NCBI GenBank assembly: GCA_963830065.1 | Contig: CAWHLA010000008.1 | Location: forward strand, 1 to 64,000 | Origin: an uncultured Thermoleophilaceae bacterium | GTDB lineage: Bacteria; Actinomycetota; Thermoleophilia; Solirubrobacterales; Thermoleophilaceae | DNA length: 64,000 bases | Reading direction: 5' to 3' | Shown here: positions 22,001-32,149 of the stretch, one piece after another | How the letters are laid out: each line of letters begins with the position of its first letter | Position numbering within the stretch: the stretch's first letter is position 1 | Notes under the pieces: generated by a model | Told to the model about the DNA's origin: nothing | Databases searched by the model: none | Seen by the model: only the letters and a program-made list of their open reading frames with translations | Position numbers and translations under genes: made by a program

Positions 22001-24020
22001 GCAGCACCAGCAGCGAGCCGAGCTGGTGGTACAGGACGGCGGCGAGCGGGGCCGTCTCGTACCAGTCCGGCGACGGCGGCGAACAGCGGCCACAGCCAGC
22101 CGGTCGAGCACGACGCCGACGAGGTTCACGCCGAACGCGAAGACAGAGATGTTCTGGCGGATGATGCGGACCGTCTCGCGCGACAGCCGGACGAGCAGCG
22201 GCAGCGGCCGGAGCGGGTCGCCCATCAGGACGATGTCGCCGGCCTCGGCGGCGATGTCGGTGCCCGGTGCCGATGGCGAGCCCGACGGCGGCGCGGGCCA
22301 GGGCCGGGGCGTCGTTGATGCCGTCGCCGACGAACGCGACTGCGTCGGCAGCGGCGTCAGCCCCGGTCGCGACCCTGCCGACGCTGCGCCGACGAATTCC
22401 GCCTTCTGGCTCGGCAGCAGTTCGGCGTGAACCTCGGTGAGCGGCAGCTGCTCGGCGACCGCCGTGCGCGACGGCGGCGCGGTCGCCGGTCAGCAGCGCG
22501 ACCGGCGCGATGCCCAGGTCGCCGCAGGTCCGCGAGCACGTCCGCCGCCTCGGGCCGGACGCGGTCGCGCGCCCCGATCACGCCCGAGGACGACGCCGTC
22601 GCGCGCGACCAGCAGCGCCGTCTGCCCGGCCGCGTCGAGCCGGTCGAGCGCCGCGATCGCCTCCGGCGGGACCGGCGACGCCCTGCTCCTCCAGCAGCCG
22701 GCGGGTGCCGACCACGACGGCCGCGCCGCCGACGGTCGCCGTCACCCCGCCGCCGGGGTGGGCCTGGAACTCGTCCGCCGGCGTCCAGCGTGCAGGTCGC
22801 GTCCGCGGCCTCGGCGAGGATCAGCCGGCGCCAGCGGGTGTTCGCTCCGCTGCTCGGCGGCCGCGGCGAGCGCGCAGCAGGTCGTCGGCCGTCGCGCCGC
22901 CGAGCGGGACGCACGTCGCCGAGTTCGAGCTGCCCTCGGTGAGCGTGCCGGTCTTGTCGAACGCGAACGCGGTCGACGCCGGCGAGCCGCTCCAGGGCCG
23001 AGCCGCCCTTGATGAGCACGCCGGTGCCGGCGAGCCGGCCGAGGGCCGCGATGACGGCCGCCGGGCGTGGCCAGGATCAGCGCGCACGGGCAGGCCACCA
23101 CCAGCACCGCCAGCGCCGGGTACGCGCCAGCCGCGGCCGCGCCGAGCGAGCGGCCGGGCGCCGGCCCGGCGTGCGGCCACTGGTACAGCACGTTCGCCGA
23201 CGAACGTCAGCGCCGCCAGGGCCAGCACGGCCGGCAGGAAGTAGCGGGCCAGCCGGTCGGCGTAGCGCTCGAGCGGGGCCTTGTCCTTCAGGGCCGCGGC
23301 GGTCAGCTCGATCACCTGCCCGGCGACCGTCTGCTTCGCCGACCTTCTTCGCCTCGACCGTCAGCGCCCCGGACTGGTTGACGACCCGGCCAGGACCTCG
23401 TCGCCCGGCCCCTTGTCCTCGGCAGGCTCTCGCCGGTCAGGGCCGAGGCGTCCACCGCCGACCGGCCGTCGATGACGACGCCGTCGACCGGCACCTTCGC
23501 CGCCCGGCTTGACCACGACCGGTCGCCGACGTGCAGGTCGGAGGTGAAGACGCGGACCTCCTGCGCCGTCGCGCAGCACCCAGCAGCCGCTGCGGGAACA
23601 GTTCGGCGAGCTTGCCGACGGCGCCGCTGGGTGCGGGCGAAGGTGAACGCTTCGAGGCACTCGCCGACCAGGCCGATGAACACGACCTCGGCGGCGACGA
23701 GCGGCTCGTTGATCAGGATGGCGGCGAGGCAGGCGATGGCGAGGGCGAGGTCGGCCCCGATCTGCCCGTCGAGCAGCCCTTCGAGCGACGTGACAGCACG
23801 CGGCGCCGCCGATGACGGCGGCGATCAGGGCGAAGCGGTAGCCGTAGAGCTCGCGGGCCGCCAGGTCGGCAGTTCGAGGCCGAGGCCGGCGAGCCAGCCG
23901 GCGAGGAGCGGCCACAGGTCGGCGACGAGCAGCCCGCCGACGAGGGCGGTGAGCAGGTACAGGGGCGATTCGACCGGCGGGCGAACGGCTCGTCGGCGGG
24001 GTCGAACTCGCGGTGCATGG
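21998..24020 (-). CDS. Heavy-metal/cation-translocating P-type ATPase, many frameshifts
   Basis: N-terminal TM helices LYLLTALVGGLLVADLWPLLAGWL, then DLHVGDRSWSSRAAKVPVDGVVIDGRSAVDASALTGESLP, IELTAAALKDKAPLERYADRLARYFLPAVLALA, LIKGGSALERLAGVDRV...DKTGTLTEGS, GDVDRL, and the C-terminal LSRETVRIIRQNISVFAFGVNLVGVVLD. Confidence 0.65.
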
Positions 24021-24062
24021 GGGCAGTCGGACCGGGCGGCGGCGGGGGGTGGGGCCGCGGTC

Positions 24063-24091
24063 AGGCTACGCCGATGACAGGGGGGTGTCAA
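24063..24091 (-). promoter_or_regulatory. Sigma-70-like promoter TTGACA-N17-TAGCCT on the minus strand, upstream of the P-type ATPase
   Basis: Reverse complement reads cTTGACAcccccctgtcatcggcgTAGCCTga, about 35 nt upstream of the ATPase start. Confidence 0.3.
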
Positions 24092-24125
24092 GAAAACTGA
24101 TGGTGAGGTCGTGGGTACGAGGATT

Positions 24126-24239
24126 CCGACCGCGCAACACCCTCCCTGACGGACGGGCCTCCAACGGCCTGAACGCGGTCCGGGTAAGCCGCGGGAAACC
24201 GACGCGCAACACCCTCCCTGACGGTCGGGCCTCCGACGG
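24126..24239. repeat. Two 41-42-bp direct repeats 30 bp apart, upstream of the ATPase promoter
   Basis: ccgaccgcgcaacaccctccctgacggacgggcctccaacgg (24126-24167) versus ccgacgcgcaacaccctccctgacggtcgggcctccgacgg (24198-24239). They differ by 3 mismatches and 1 indel. A 16-bp perfect palindrome gacgggtcgacccgtc follows at 24235-24250. Confidence 0.55.
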
Positions 24240-24248
24240 GTCGACCCG

Positions 24249-25890
24249 TCACTTCTTCGCCCGCTTGAAGACGAATAACCGCTGCTCACTCCCGGCAGGT
24301 GCGTCGAACCGCGTCGGCCGGGGCTGACCGGGCAGGGCATGGCAGAGTTCCAGGGTATCGCCGTCGAGCCGATAAATCCCCCGGAGCACCGCGTCGTCGT
24401 CGCCTTTCTTGGATGACACCTCCACCATATCGATGGCCGAAGGCACCGCGGTCGGATCGAGCTTGATCGCGGCCTCTCCCTTGGCCTGCCCCTGCCGCAT
24501 CCGGTCCCCGTCTATGACCACCAACCAGTCCTCCCTCCGGACCGGTGTCATCAACTTCCCGTCCTGTGTAAGGGTCACGGTCTCCCAGGTGCCCTGCATC
24601 TGTTCCAGCACCGCCCCCGGGGTCTTGGGCTCCTTCACCCGGCGGTAGGTGTGGACGATCAGCGGCAAGGCGGTCTTGTTCTCCGCCCGGGTGAACCCGA
24701 CCGGCCGCTCCACTTCCGACCGGCCGAACGTGGCGAGCGTCAGCTTGTCCCCGTCGAGCTTGTACCGGCAGAGCATCAGGAAGTTGTCGCCGTAGATGGT
24801 CAGTTCGGCCGGGGTCGCCCGCGGGTTGACGGTGTACGACCGCCGCAGGTGGATGTCGCGGTGGCGGTCGGTGGCCGGTTGTTCCAAGACGGCCCGGCGG
24901 CCGGCGAACGTCAGGTATAGGGGCTTGGCCCCGGACCCCCCGGACGTTGCGCGTCGTCTTTCGTTTGGGACTCCAGCTCCCACGTCCCGCGGAGGGCGGC
25001 GACGGCGTCCTCCTCCTGTTTGAGCATCTTCACGTAGACCGGGTTGGTGAGCCGCTCGGACGCCGGCTTCTCCGGCGGCTCGGCGGCCGCCCCGACGGCG
25101 AGCAGCCCGACCGCCGCGGCCGCCAGCCCGACCGCCGCCCCGGCCGCGAGCTTCTTGACCAGCAGCATGACCGTCGCCTCCCGGGCCAGAGTTTTCACCG
25201 CGGTGGCCGCCGTGCCGCCGGCCGCCGCGACCGCCGCCGCGGCGAGGTCCGCCGGCACCGCCGCCCGCCCGGCCCCGCCGTCCAGGGCGGCCGCCGCGAC
25301 GGCCGGCAGTCCCGCCTTTGTCAGCCGGGCGGCGAGCAGCCGCTTCGCCGTCGCCAGCCGGCTGGACAGGGTGCCGTCCGCCAGCCCGAGCCGGGCGGCG
25401 ACCGCCTTCCGCGGCAGTCCCTCCAGCTCGTGCAGGACCAGCGGCTCCCGGTACTTGTCCGGCAGGGCGGCGAGTTCCCGGTCGAAGGCCGGCCGCCAGT
25501 CCGGGTCGTCCGCCGGCGGGGCGCGGTCCGGCCGGGCCGCCCTCGCTTCCTTCGCCCGCCGCTTCGCGGCCATCGCCTTCGCCTTCAGGGCCACGTGGAC
25601 CGCCACCCCGTAGAGCCAGTTGCCGACCGCCGGCCGGGCCGCCAGCTCGCCGGCCTTCCGGGCGAGCACCAGGAAGGCGGCCTGGAAGGCGTCGTCGGCG
25701 TCGGCCGCGTTGCCGAGCACCCGCCGGCAGACGCCCAGCACCATCGGCCCGTGCCGGCGGACGAGCAGCGCGAACGCCGCCTCGTCGGCCTGCCGGCGCG
25801 AACCGGTCGAGCAGCCGGCCGTCGGGGACGGCGGCGGGGTCGGTCGCCCGGCGGACCAGCCGGGCGACCCCGGCGGACGGGTCGGTCGTC
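24249..25890 (-). CDS. ECF sigma-70 factor with a C-terminal TM segment and a TIGR03067 (Planctomycete lipocalin-like) domain, with one frameshift near 24930
   Basis: Sigma2/4: MVLGVCRRVLGNAADADDAFQAAFLVLARKAGE...PLVLHELEGLPRKAVAARLGLADGTLSSRLATAKRLLAARL. TM: MLLVKKLAAGAAVGLAAAAVGLLAVG. TIGR03067-like: LRGTWELESQTKDD...LTIYGDNFLMLCRYKLDGDKLTLATF...MQGTWETVTLTQDGKLMTP...IDGDRMR...LRGIYRLDGDTLELCHALPGQPRPTRFDAPAGSEQRLFVFKRAKK. Confidence 0.65.
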
Positions 25891-25986
25891 ATACCCGGAT
25901 GTTCCCGGACGGCGGGCGGATCGTCGATGAAAAAGAAAAAGCCCACGGGACGTGCGTCCCGGGGCTTTGGGTGATTCGGTTTCAAC

Positions 25987-26256
25987 TTACGCCGAGGTGG
26001 CCGGGGCTGCTTCCGCCGGCTTGACGTTCACCTTGCGGCCGTTCGAGCTGAAGAAGACGGTCCCGTCGACGAGCGCGAACAGGGCGTCGTTGCTGGCCCG
26101 CTTGACGTTCGCCCCGGGGTGCCACTTCGTCCCGCACTGGGTGACGAGGATGCTCCCGGTGGTGACCGCCTCGCCGGCGTACTTCTTGATCCCGCGCCGC
26201 TGGGCGTTCGAGTCCCGCCCGTTCTTGACCGAGCCCTGGCCCTTCTTGTGTGCCAT
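25987..26256 (-). CDS. rpmA: 50S ribosomal protein L27
   Basis: [69 protein letters not shown]. The frame is intact and no rplU is adjacent. Confidence 0.85.
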   Translation of the reverse strand: MAHKKGQGSVKNGRDSNAQRRGIKKYAGEAVTTGSILVTQCGTKWHPGANVKRASNDALFALVDGTVFFSSNGRKVNVKPAEAAPATSA

Positions 26257-26340
26257 GTCAGTATCGCCTCCGCTACTGTGTCCGTAGTCGTTGGAAGGAT
26301 TGAGTATTGTAGCGGGGGTGCGGGAAGGGGCAACCCGGCA

Positions 26341-26435
26341 TCCGGGCGAACGGCCGGCGTCAGCCGGCTGGTGCGACCCGGAGCCGCCTGCGCCAAGGGA
26401 AACACCAGCCGGCTGACGCCGGCCGTTCGCCCGGA
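26341..26435. repeat. Perfect 33-bp inverted repeat with a 29-nt loop in the rpmA/argJ divergent intergenic region
   Basis: tccgggcgaacggccggcgtcagccggctggtg ...29 nt... caccagccggctgacgccggccgttcgcccgga. Confidence 0.55.
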
Positions 26436-26532
26436 CATGGAACCCGCATATCTTACCCCGTCGCCCGCCAACCGCCCCCACTTCCCGGCCGGCGTCCTTT
26501 CGACCGGTTGACCCGGCTGATACCATTGCGTC

Positions 26533-27723
26533 ATGAGCGAATGGCACCTCGCCCGCGGCTACCGGTACGCGGGCGTCGTCAGCGGGCTGCGCACCGAACC
26601 CGACCGCCGCGACCTGGCCGTCATCGTCAGCGACACGCCCGGCCGCCGCCGCCGGCGTGTTCACCCAGAACCGCGTGTGCGCCGCCCCGGTGCAGGTCAG
26701 CCGCGAGCGGCTCCCGCGGGCCGACGCCCGCGGCGATCGTCGTCTGCTCCGGCAACGCCAACGCCTGCACCGGCGAGCAGGGGCTGCGCCGACGCCCGCC
26801 GCATGGCCGAACTGGTCGCCGACGAACTCGGCTGCCCGCCGGAGCAGGTGCTCGTCGCCTCGACCGGCGTGATCGGCCGGCCGCTGCCGATGCCGGTGCT
26901 CGAGGCCGGCATCCCGAAGGCGGTCGCGCGCGGCCGCGCCCGGGCCGCGACGCCCTGCGACGACGCCGCCCACGCCATCCTGACCACCGACACCGGCATC
27001 AAGGTCGCGACCGCGGCGAGCTCGACGGCGGTCACGCGTCACCGGGTTCGCCAAGGGGGCGGCGATGATCGGCCCGAACATGGCGACCATGCTCGGGTTC
27101 GTCCTGACCGACGCCGCCGTCGGCCGCGCACGACCTGCACCGCATCCTGAAGGCCGCGCGCCGACGCGAGCTTCAACTGCGTCTCGTCGAGGGCCACACC
27201 AGCACCAACGACACGGTGTTCCTGCTCGCCAACGGCGCCGGCCCGCCGCTCGCCGGGCACGACCTGGCCGCGTTCCGCGACGCGGTCGCCGAGCGTGTGC
27301 GTCGAGCTGGCCCGGAAGATCGCCGCCGACGCCGAGGGGGCCGAGCACCTCATCACGATCGAGGTGGAGGGCTGCCGCGACCGACGCCGAGGCGCAGCAG
27401 GTCGCGAAGACGGTCGCCGACAGCGCCCTGGTGAAGACGGCGGTGTTCGGGGCCGACCCGAACTGGGGCCGGGTCGTGTCGGCGGCGGGGTACGCGGGCG
27501 TGGCGTTCGAGGAGAAGGACCTGTCGCTGTGGATGGGCGACCTGCTGCTGTACCGCGACGGGCACGCCGCTGCCGTTCGACGCGGCCGCCGGCGTCGGCG
27601 TACCTGAAGCACAACCGCGAGGTCCACTTCAGGCTGCGGTTCACCCTCGGCTCCGGCCGCTGCACGTTCTACACCTGCGACCTGACCTACGAGTACGTGA
27701 GGCTGAACGCGGACTACACGACG
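26533..27723 (+). CDS. argJ: Glutamate N-acetyltransferase / ornithine acetyltransferase (ArgJ), frameshifted
   Basis: [227 protein letters not shown]. Confidence 0.7.
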
Positions 27724-27793
27724 TGACCGTGAGCGAGTCGAGTCCGAGCGGACGTCCGCGACCGATGTCGACCTCGGCTCGACGACCTGCGAC

Positions 27794-28690
27794 ATGACCC
27801 CTCATCGAACTCGACGCGATCACCCGCACGTTCGGCACGTTCACCGCGCTGCACGACGTCACGCTGTCGCTGCCGCCGGGGCGGGTCGGGCTGCTCGGGC
27901 CGAACGGGGCCGGCAAGTCCACGCTGCTCAAGATCCTGATGGGGCTGCTCCCGCCGTCGCGCGGCACCGGCCGCGTGCTCGACCAGCCGACCTCGGCGGC
28001 GACCGCGACGCCGAGGGCAACTGGCGGCTGCGGCGGCTCATCGGCTTCATGCCCGAGGCCGACGCGCTCGTGCCCGGGCTGACCGGCGTCGAGTACGTCG
28101 CCCTGGCCGGCGAGCTGTACGGCATGCCGCGCCGGCAGGCCCAGCGCCGGGCCCACGAGGTGCTGTCGTACCTCGAACTGGAGGAGGCCCGCTACCGCCG
28201 CTCGAGGAGTACTCCGACCGGCATGAAGCAGCGGGCGAAGCTGGCCCAGGCGCTGGTCCACGACCCGCCGGTGCTGCTGCTCGACGAGCCGACCAGCGGC
28301 CTCGACCCGGCCGGCCGCGACGCCATGCTGCGGCTGGTGCCGCGCGCTCGGCACGCGACCACGGCAAGTCGGTGCATGCTCTCCACGCACCTGCTGGCCG
28401 ACGTGGAGGCGGTGTGCGAGCGGGTGGTGATCCTGGCCGGCGGGCGGGTCCGCGGGCAGGGGACGGTCGAGCGAGCTGTGCGCCCGCCGGCAGGACCGCT
28501 ACCGCTTGCGGGTGCAGGGCGACCCGGCCGCGTTCCGCGACGAGCTGGCGGCCGAGGGCGTGACGGTGCTCGGCCGACAACGGCCAGGGCGAGTGGCGGG
28601 TGGCGGTGCCGGCCGGCTGGTCGAACCTGGCGTTCTTCAAGCTGGCCGACGTGAACGACGTGGTCATCCGCGCGCTGCTGCCGCGACGAC
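27794..28690 (+). CDS. ABC transporter ATP-binding protein, frameshifted
   Basis: [63 protein letters not shown] (Walker A), then [43 protein letters not shown] (signature/Walker B). Confidence 0.6.
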
Positions 28691-28728
28691 GAGACGCTGG
28701 AGGAGCTGTTCCTCCGGACGGTGGCGAG

Positions 28729-29265
28729 TTAGCCGGACGCTGAGCAGCGAGCGCGAGCCGTCGCTGCTCGACGTCGCGGCTGACTCGCCGCTACCGACGC
28801 CGATGCCCGCGCACACCGACACCCTGTTGCGCTACCGCCCGTGGCGCGGCACGCTGCACGGGCCGCTGTGCGCGGCCGTGGCGATGGCCCGGGTGTCGCT
28901 GCGGCTGCATGTTCCGCCGCCGGCTGTTCTGGGGGCTGTTCGCCCTCGGCCTGCTCGTGTTCTTCTTCTTCTTCTACGGCCAGTACCTCGTCGTCTGGAT
29001 CACGCAACCAGCTCGCCGACCGAGACCGTGCCGGTTCGCCGGCATCCCGGTGCACGCGTCGACGACCTGACGAAGTTCCTCGACCGGCTCGCCCTGAACG
29101 GCACCGCCCACACGTTCGGCAACTTCATCTGGTTCGAGGGGTACGTGCGTCGTGATCGTGCTGGCCCTGGCCGGGTCGGTGCTGGTCGGCAACGACTTCT
29201 TCCACGGCAGCCTGCCGTTCTACCTGTCGAAGCCGATCGGCCGGTGGCACTACGTCCTCGGCAGC
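28729..29265 (+). CDS. ABC-2-type permease fragment, frameshifted and cut off mid-gene at the junction
   Basis: LLRYRPWRGTLHGPLCAAVAMARVSLRLH, RLFWGLFALGLLVFFFFFYGQYLVVWITQ, IVLALAGSVLVGNDFFHGSLPFYLSKPIGRWHYVLG. No plausible continuation follows ~29265. Confidence 0.4.
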
Positions 29266-29486
29266 GACACCAACGGCGCCACAGGGGCGGCGATCAGCAC
29301 CAGGAACTCGGTTACCGCCTCCAGGTCGAGCTGCCCGGTCGACTCCAAGTGATCCACGTACGCGAGCACCACCTCGGCCAGGTCGACCTCGAGCAGGTCG
29401 ACCTCGTCGCGCAGGACGAGCGACAGCAGCAGGTCGAACGGGCCGTGGAAGACCTCGAGGTCGAGGTCGATGGAGGCGAGCGCCAC
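29265..29486 (-). pseudogene. scpA: N-terminal fragment (about 72 aa) of segregation/condensation protein ScpA, truncated at the junction
   Basis: MALASIDLDLEVFHGPFDLLLSLVLRDEVDLLEVDLAEVVLAYVDHLESTGQLDLEAVTEFLVLIAA. The expected LLELKSR continuation is then replaced by unrelated sequence (PVAPLVSLPRT*). No other frame restores ScpA. Confidence 0.55.
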
Positions 29487-29496
29487 GACGGGCAGC

Positions 29497-30486
29497 TTAG
29501 GCCGGGGGTCCGACGCCCATGGCCCGGCGCACGTCGCCGAGCGTGTCCGAGGCGATCCCCCGGGCGCGATCAGCGCCTTCGCGCAGCGCTCCCTCCAAGG
29601 CTTCCTCGTCGGGCCGCAGCTCCAGGTAGCGCACCCGCACGGGTTCGAGGAGCGCGATCAGCTCCTCGGCAACCGCAGATTTGAAGTCTCCGTAGCCGGC
29701 GCCGTTGAACTCTTCTTCGATAGCCGAGGGGTCGATCCCTCGCACGACAGCCAGCACCTCGATCATGTTCGAGATGCCGGGCTTGTCCGGCGCGCGCACG
29801 ACCTCCCGCCCGGAGTCGGCCACCGCGCGCTTGAGCTTCTTGCGGATGGCGTCCGGCTCGTCGTCCACGAAGACCAGGCCCTGCTCGGTGCCGACGGTGG
29901 TGGACATCTTCCGCGTGGGCTCCTGCAGGTCCATTATCCGGGCGCCCACGCCGGGTATGCGGTGCTCGGGCACCACCAGCACCTCCCCGTACGTCGCGTT
30001 GAAGCGCAGCGCGATGTCGCGCATCAACTCGACGTGTTGGCGCTGGTCGTCGCCCACCGGCACCTCGTGCGCGCGATAGGCCAGCACGTCCGCGGCCTGG
30101 AGCACCGGGTAGAGGAACAGCCCGGCCGAGACGAGCTCGCGCTGCTGGGCTGACTTCTCCTTGAACTGATGCATCCGGTTGAGATCGCCGTGCGCGGTGA
30201 CCGAGCTCAGGAGCCAGCACAGCTCGGTGTGCTCGTGCACGTCGCCTTGCCGGAACAGGATGCAGCGCGCTGGGTCCAGGCCGGAGGCCAGGAGCATCGC
30301 GGTCGTGTCGTACACGCGCGAGCGAAGCTCGGCGGGGTCGTAGGGCACCGTCGTCGCGTGCAGGTCGACGATGCAGTAGATCGCCGGGTCGCCGCGGTCC
30401 TGGCCCTCCACGTACTGGCGGATGGCGCCGAGGTAGTTGCCCAGGTGCTTGCGCCCCGTGGGCTGGATGCCGCTGAAGATCTTCAA
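29497..30486 (-). CDS. trpS: Tryptophan--tRNA ligase
   Basis: MKIFSGIQPTGRKHLGNYLGAIRQYVEGQD...KMSTT (KMSKS-like). Intact 329 aa. Confidence 0.9.
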   Translation of the reverse strand: MKIFSGIQPTGRKHLGNYLGAIRQYVEGQDRGDPAIYCIVDLHATTVPYDPAELRSRVYDTTAMLLASGLDPARCILFRQGDVHEHTELCWLLSSVTAHGDLNRMHQFKEKSAQQRELVSAGLFLYPVLQAADVLAYRAHEVPVGDDQRQHVELMRDIALRFNATYGEVLVVPEHRIPGVGARIMDLQEPTRKMSTTVGTEQGLVFVDDEPDAIRKKLKRAVADSGREVVRAPDKPGISNMIEVLAVVRGIDPSAIEEEFNGAGYGDFKSAVAEELIALLEPVRVRYLELRPDEEALEGALREGADRARGIASDTLGDVRRAMGVGPPA

Positions 30487-30509
30487 GGAGGCGCCAGTCT
30501 AGGCGCGGC

Positions 30510-32141
30510 TCAGGCCTTGGCCCCGGCCTCCTCGGTCTCCAGCTCGCCCTCCTCCAGCCGCGTTCGCAGCACCTTCTTGTCGAACTTGCCGACGCTGGTC
30601 TTCGGCACCTCCTCGATGAAGGCGAACTGCTCGGGCAGCCACCACTTGGCCACCCGCTCGGCCAGGTGCTCGCGCAACTGATCGGCGGAGGGTGACTCGC
30701 CCTCCTCGCACACCACGCAGGCCAGCGGGCGCTCCGACCAGCGCTCGTCCGGCCGCGCGATCACCGCCGCCTCGGCCACGCCGGGGTGCGACATCAGCTC
30801 GTTCTCCAGGTCGACCGACGAGATCCACTCGCCGCCCGACTTGATCACGTCCTTGGAGCGGTCGGAGATGCGGATCGTGCCGCGCTCGTCGATCGAGGCA
30901 ACGTCGCCGGTGCGCAGCCAGCCGTCATGGAACTTCTCCGCGCCGGCCGGGTCCTCGTAGTACTCCGAGCAGATCCACGGCCCGCGGATCTCCAGCTCGC
31001 CGGTCTGCTCGCCGTCGAAGGGCAGCGGCTCGCCCTGCTCGTCGCAGATGCGGATGTCCAGCAGCGGGAGCGGGTGTCCGGCGGTGGCGCGCTGCTCCCA
31101 GTGCTCCTCGCCCTCGGCGTCGGGCAGCGGATGGGCCACCGAGGCCAGCGGGCTGGTCTCGGTCATCCCCCACGCCTGCACGATCCTCATTCCGTGGCGC
31201 TCCTCGAACTGCTCCATCAGCGAGCGCGGCACGGCCGAGCCACCGCAGGCCACGATCCGGATGCTGGACAGGTCGGGCTGGTTCTCGTCGGCGTAGCGCA
31301 GCAGGTCGAGCCAGATGGTCGGCACGGCGCCGGCCACGGTCACCTTCTCGTTCTCGATCAGCTTGGCCAGCGGCTCGGCCTGGAGGAACTGGCTGGGCAT
31401 CACCAGGTCGGCCCCCATGAGCATCGCCCCGTGGGCGAGGCTCCAGGCGTTGGCGTGGAACATCGGCACGACCGGCATGACGCGGTCGCCGCGCGACACC
31501 CCGAGCCCGTCGGCCAGGCCCGTCGCGAGCGCCTGCAGCAAGGTCGATCGGTGGGAGTAGAGGACGCCCTTTGGGTTGCCGGTGGTGCCGCTCGTGTAAC
31601 ACAGCCCCGCCGCCTGGCGGTCGTCGATCTCCGGGTAGTCGAAGCCCTCGTCGCCCTCCTCCAGCAGCTCGTCCATCGTCATCGCGTTGGGAAGGGAGCC
31701 GGTCTCCGACCCGCCCATGACCACGAAGCGCTCGACGGTGTCGAAGCTCTCGGCGTGCTCTGACAGGGCGTCCACCAGCAGCGAGTCGACCAACACGACC
31801 TTGTCCTGGGCGTGGTTGGCGATGTAGGTGAGCTGCTGGGCGAACAGGCGGATGTTCAGCGTGTGAAGCACCGCGCCCATCGTCGGGATGGCCAGGTAGG
31901 CCTCCAGGTGGTGCTGGGAGTTCCACGCGAAGGTGGCCACCCGGTCGCCGGGCTCGACACCCAGTGACTTCAGCCCGGCGCAGAGCCGGTCCACCCGCCC
32001 CGCGAGCTCGCCGAAGGTGGCGCGCTCGGTCCCGTCCGCGGTGAGCGTCGCCACCTCGGCGTCGGCGTGGAAGGTCCGCACCCGCTCCAAGATGTGCTGG
32101 ACGGTCAACGGGTGATCGTGCTGCATCAGCCCCTCGAGCAT
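30510..32141 (-). CDS. Long-chain-fatty-acid--CoA ligase (AMP-dependent synthetase)
   Basis: Intact 543 aa with ...[18 protein letters not shown]... and C-terminal ...GKFDKKVLR. Confidence 0.85.
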   Translation of the reverse strand: MLEGLMQHDHPLTVQHILERVRTFHADAEVATLTADGTERATFGELAGRVDRLCAGLKSLGVEPGDRVATFAWNSQHHLEAYLAIPTMGAVLHTLNIRLFAQQLTYIANHAQDKVVLVDSLLVDALSEHAESFDTVERFVVMGGSETGSLPNAMTMDELLEEGDEGFDYPEIDDRQAAGLCYTSGTTGNPKGVLYSHRSTLLQALATGLADGLGVSRGDRVMPVVPMFHANAWSLAHGAMLMGADLVMPSQFLQAEPLAKLIENEKVTVAGAVPTIWLDLLRYADENQPDLSSIRIVACGGSAVPRSLMEQFEERHGMRIVQAWGMTETSPLASVAHPLPDAEGEEHWEQRATAGHPLPLLDIRICDEQGEPLPFDGEQTGELEIRGPWICSEYYEDPAGAEKFHDGWLRTGDVASIDERGTIRISDRSKDVIKSGGEWISSVDLENELMSHPGVAEAAVIARPDERWSERPLACVVCEEGESPSADQLREHLAERVAKWWLPEQFAFIEEVPKTSVGKFDKKVLRTRLEEGELETEEAGAKA

Positions 32142-32149
32142 GCGGCCGT

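Noticed and set aside
26028-26534. ORF 26028..26534 upstream of rpmA as a candidate rplU
   Set aside because: The translation ([20 protein letters not shown]…) has no resemblance to ribosomal protein L21, and it overlaps rpmA out of frame.
29200-29520. The junction as an IS/transposon or integrase-mediated insertion
   Set aside because: No transposase, integrase, terminal inverted repeats, target-site duplication or tRNA at the boundary. Both flanking genes are simply truncated.
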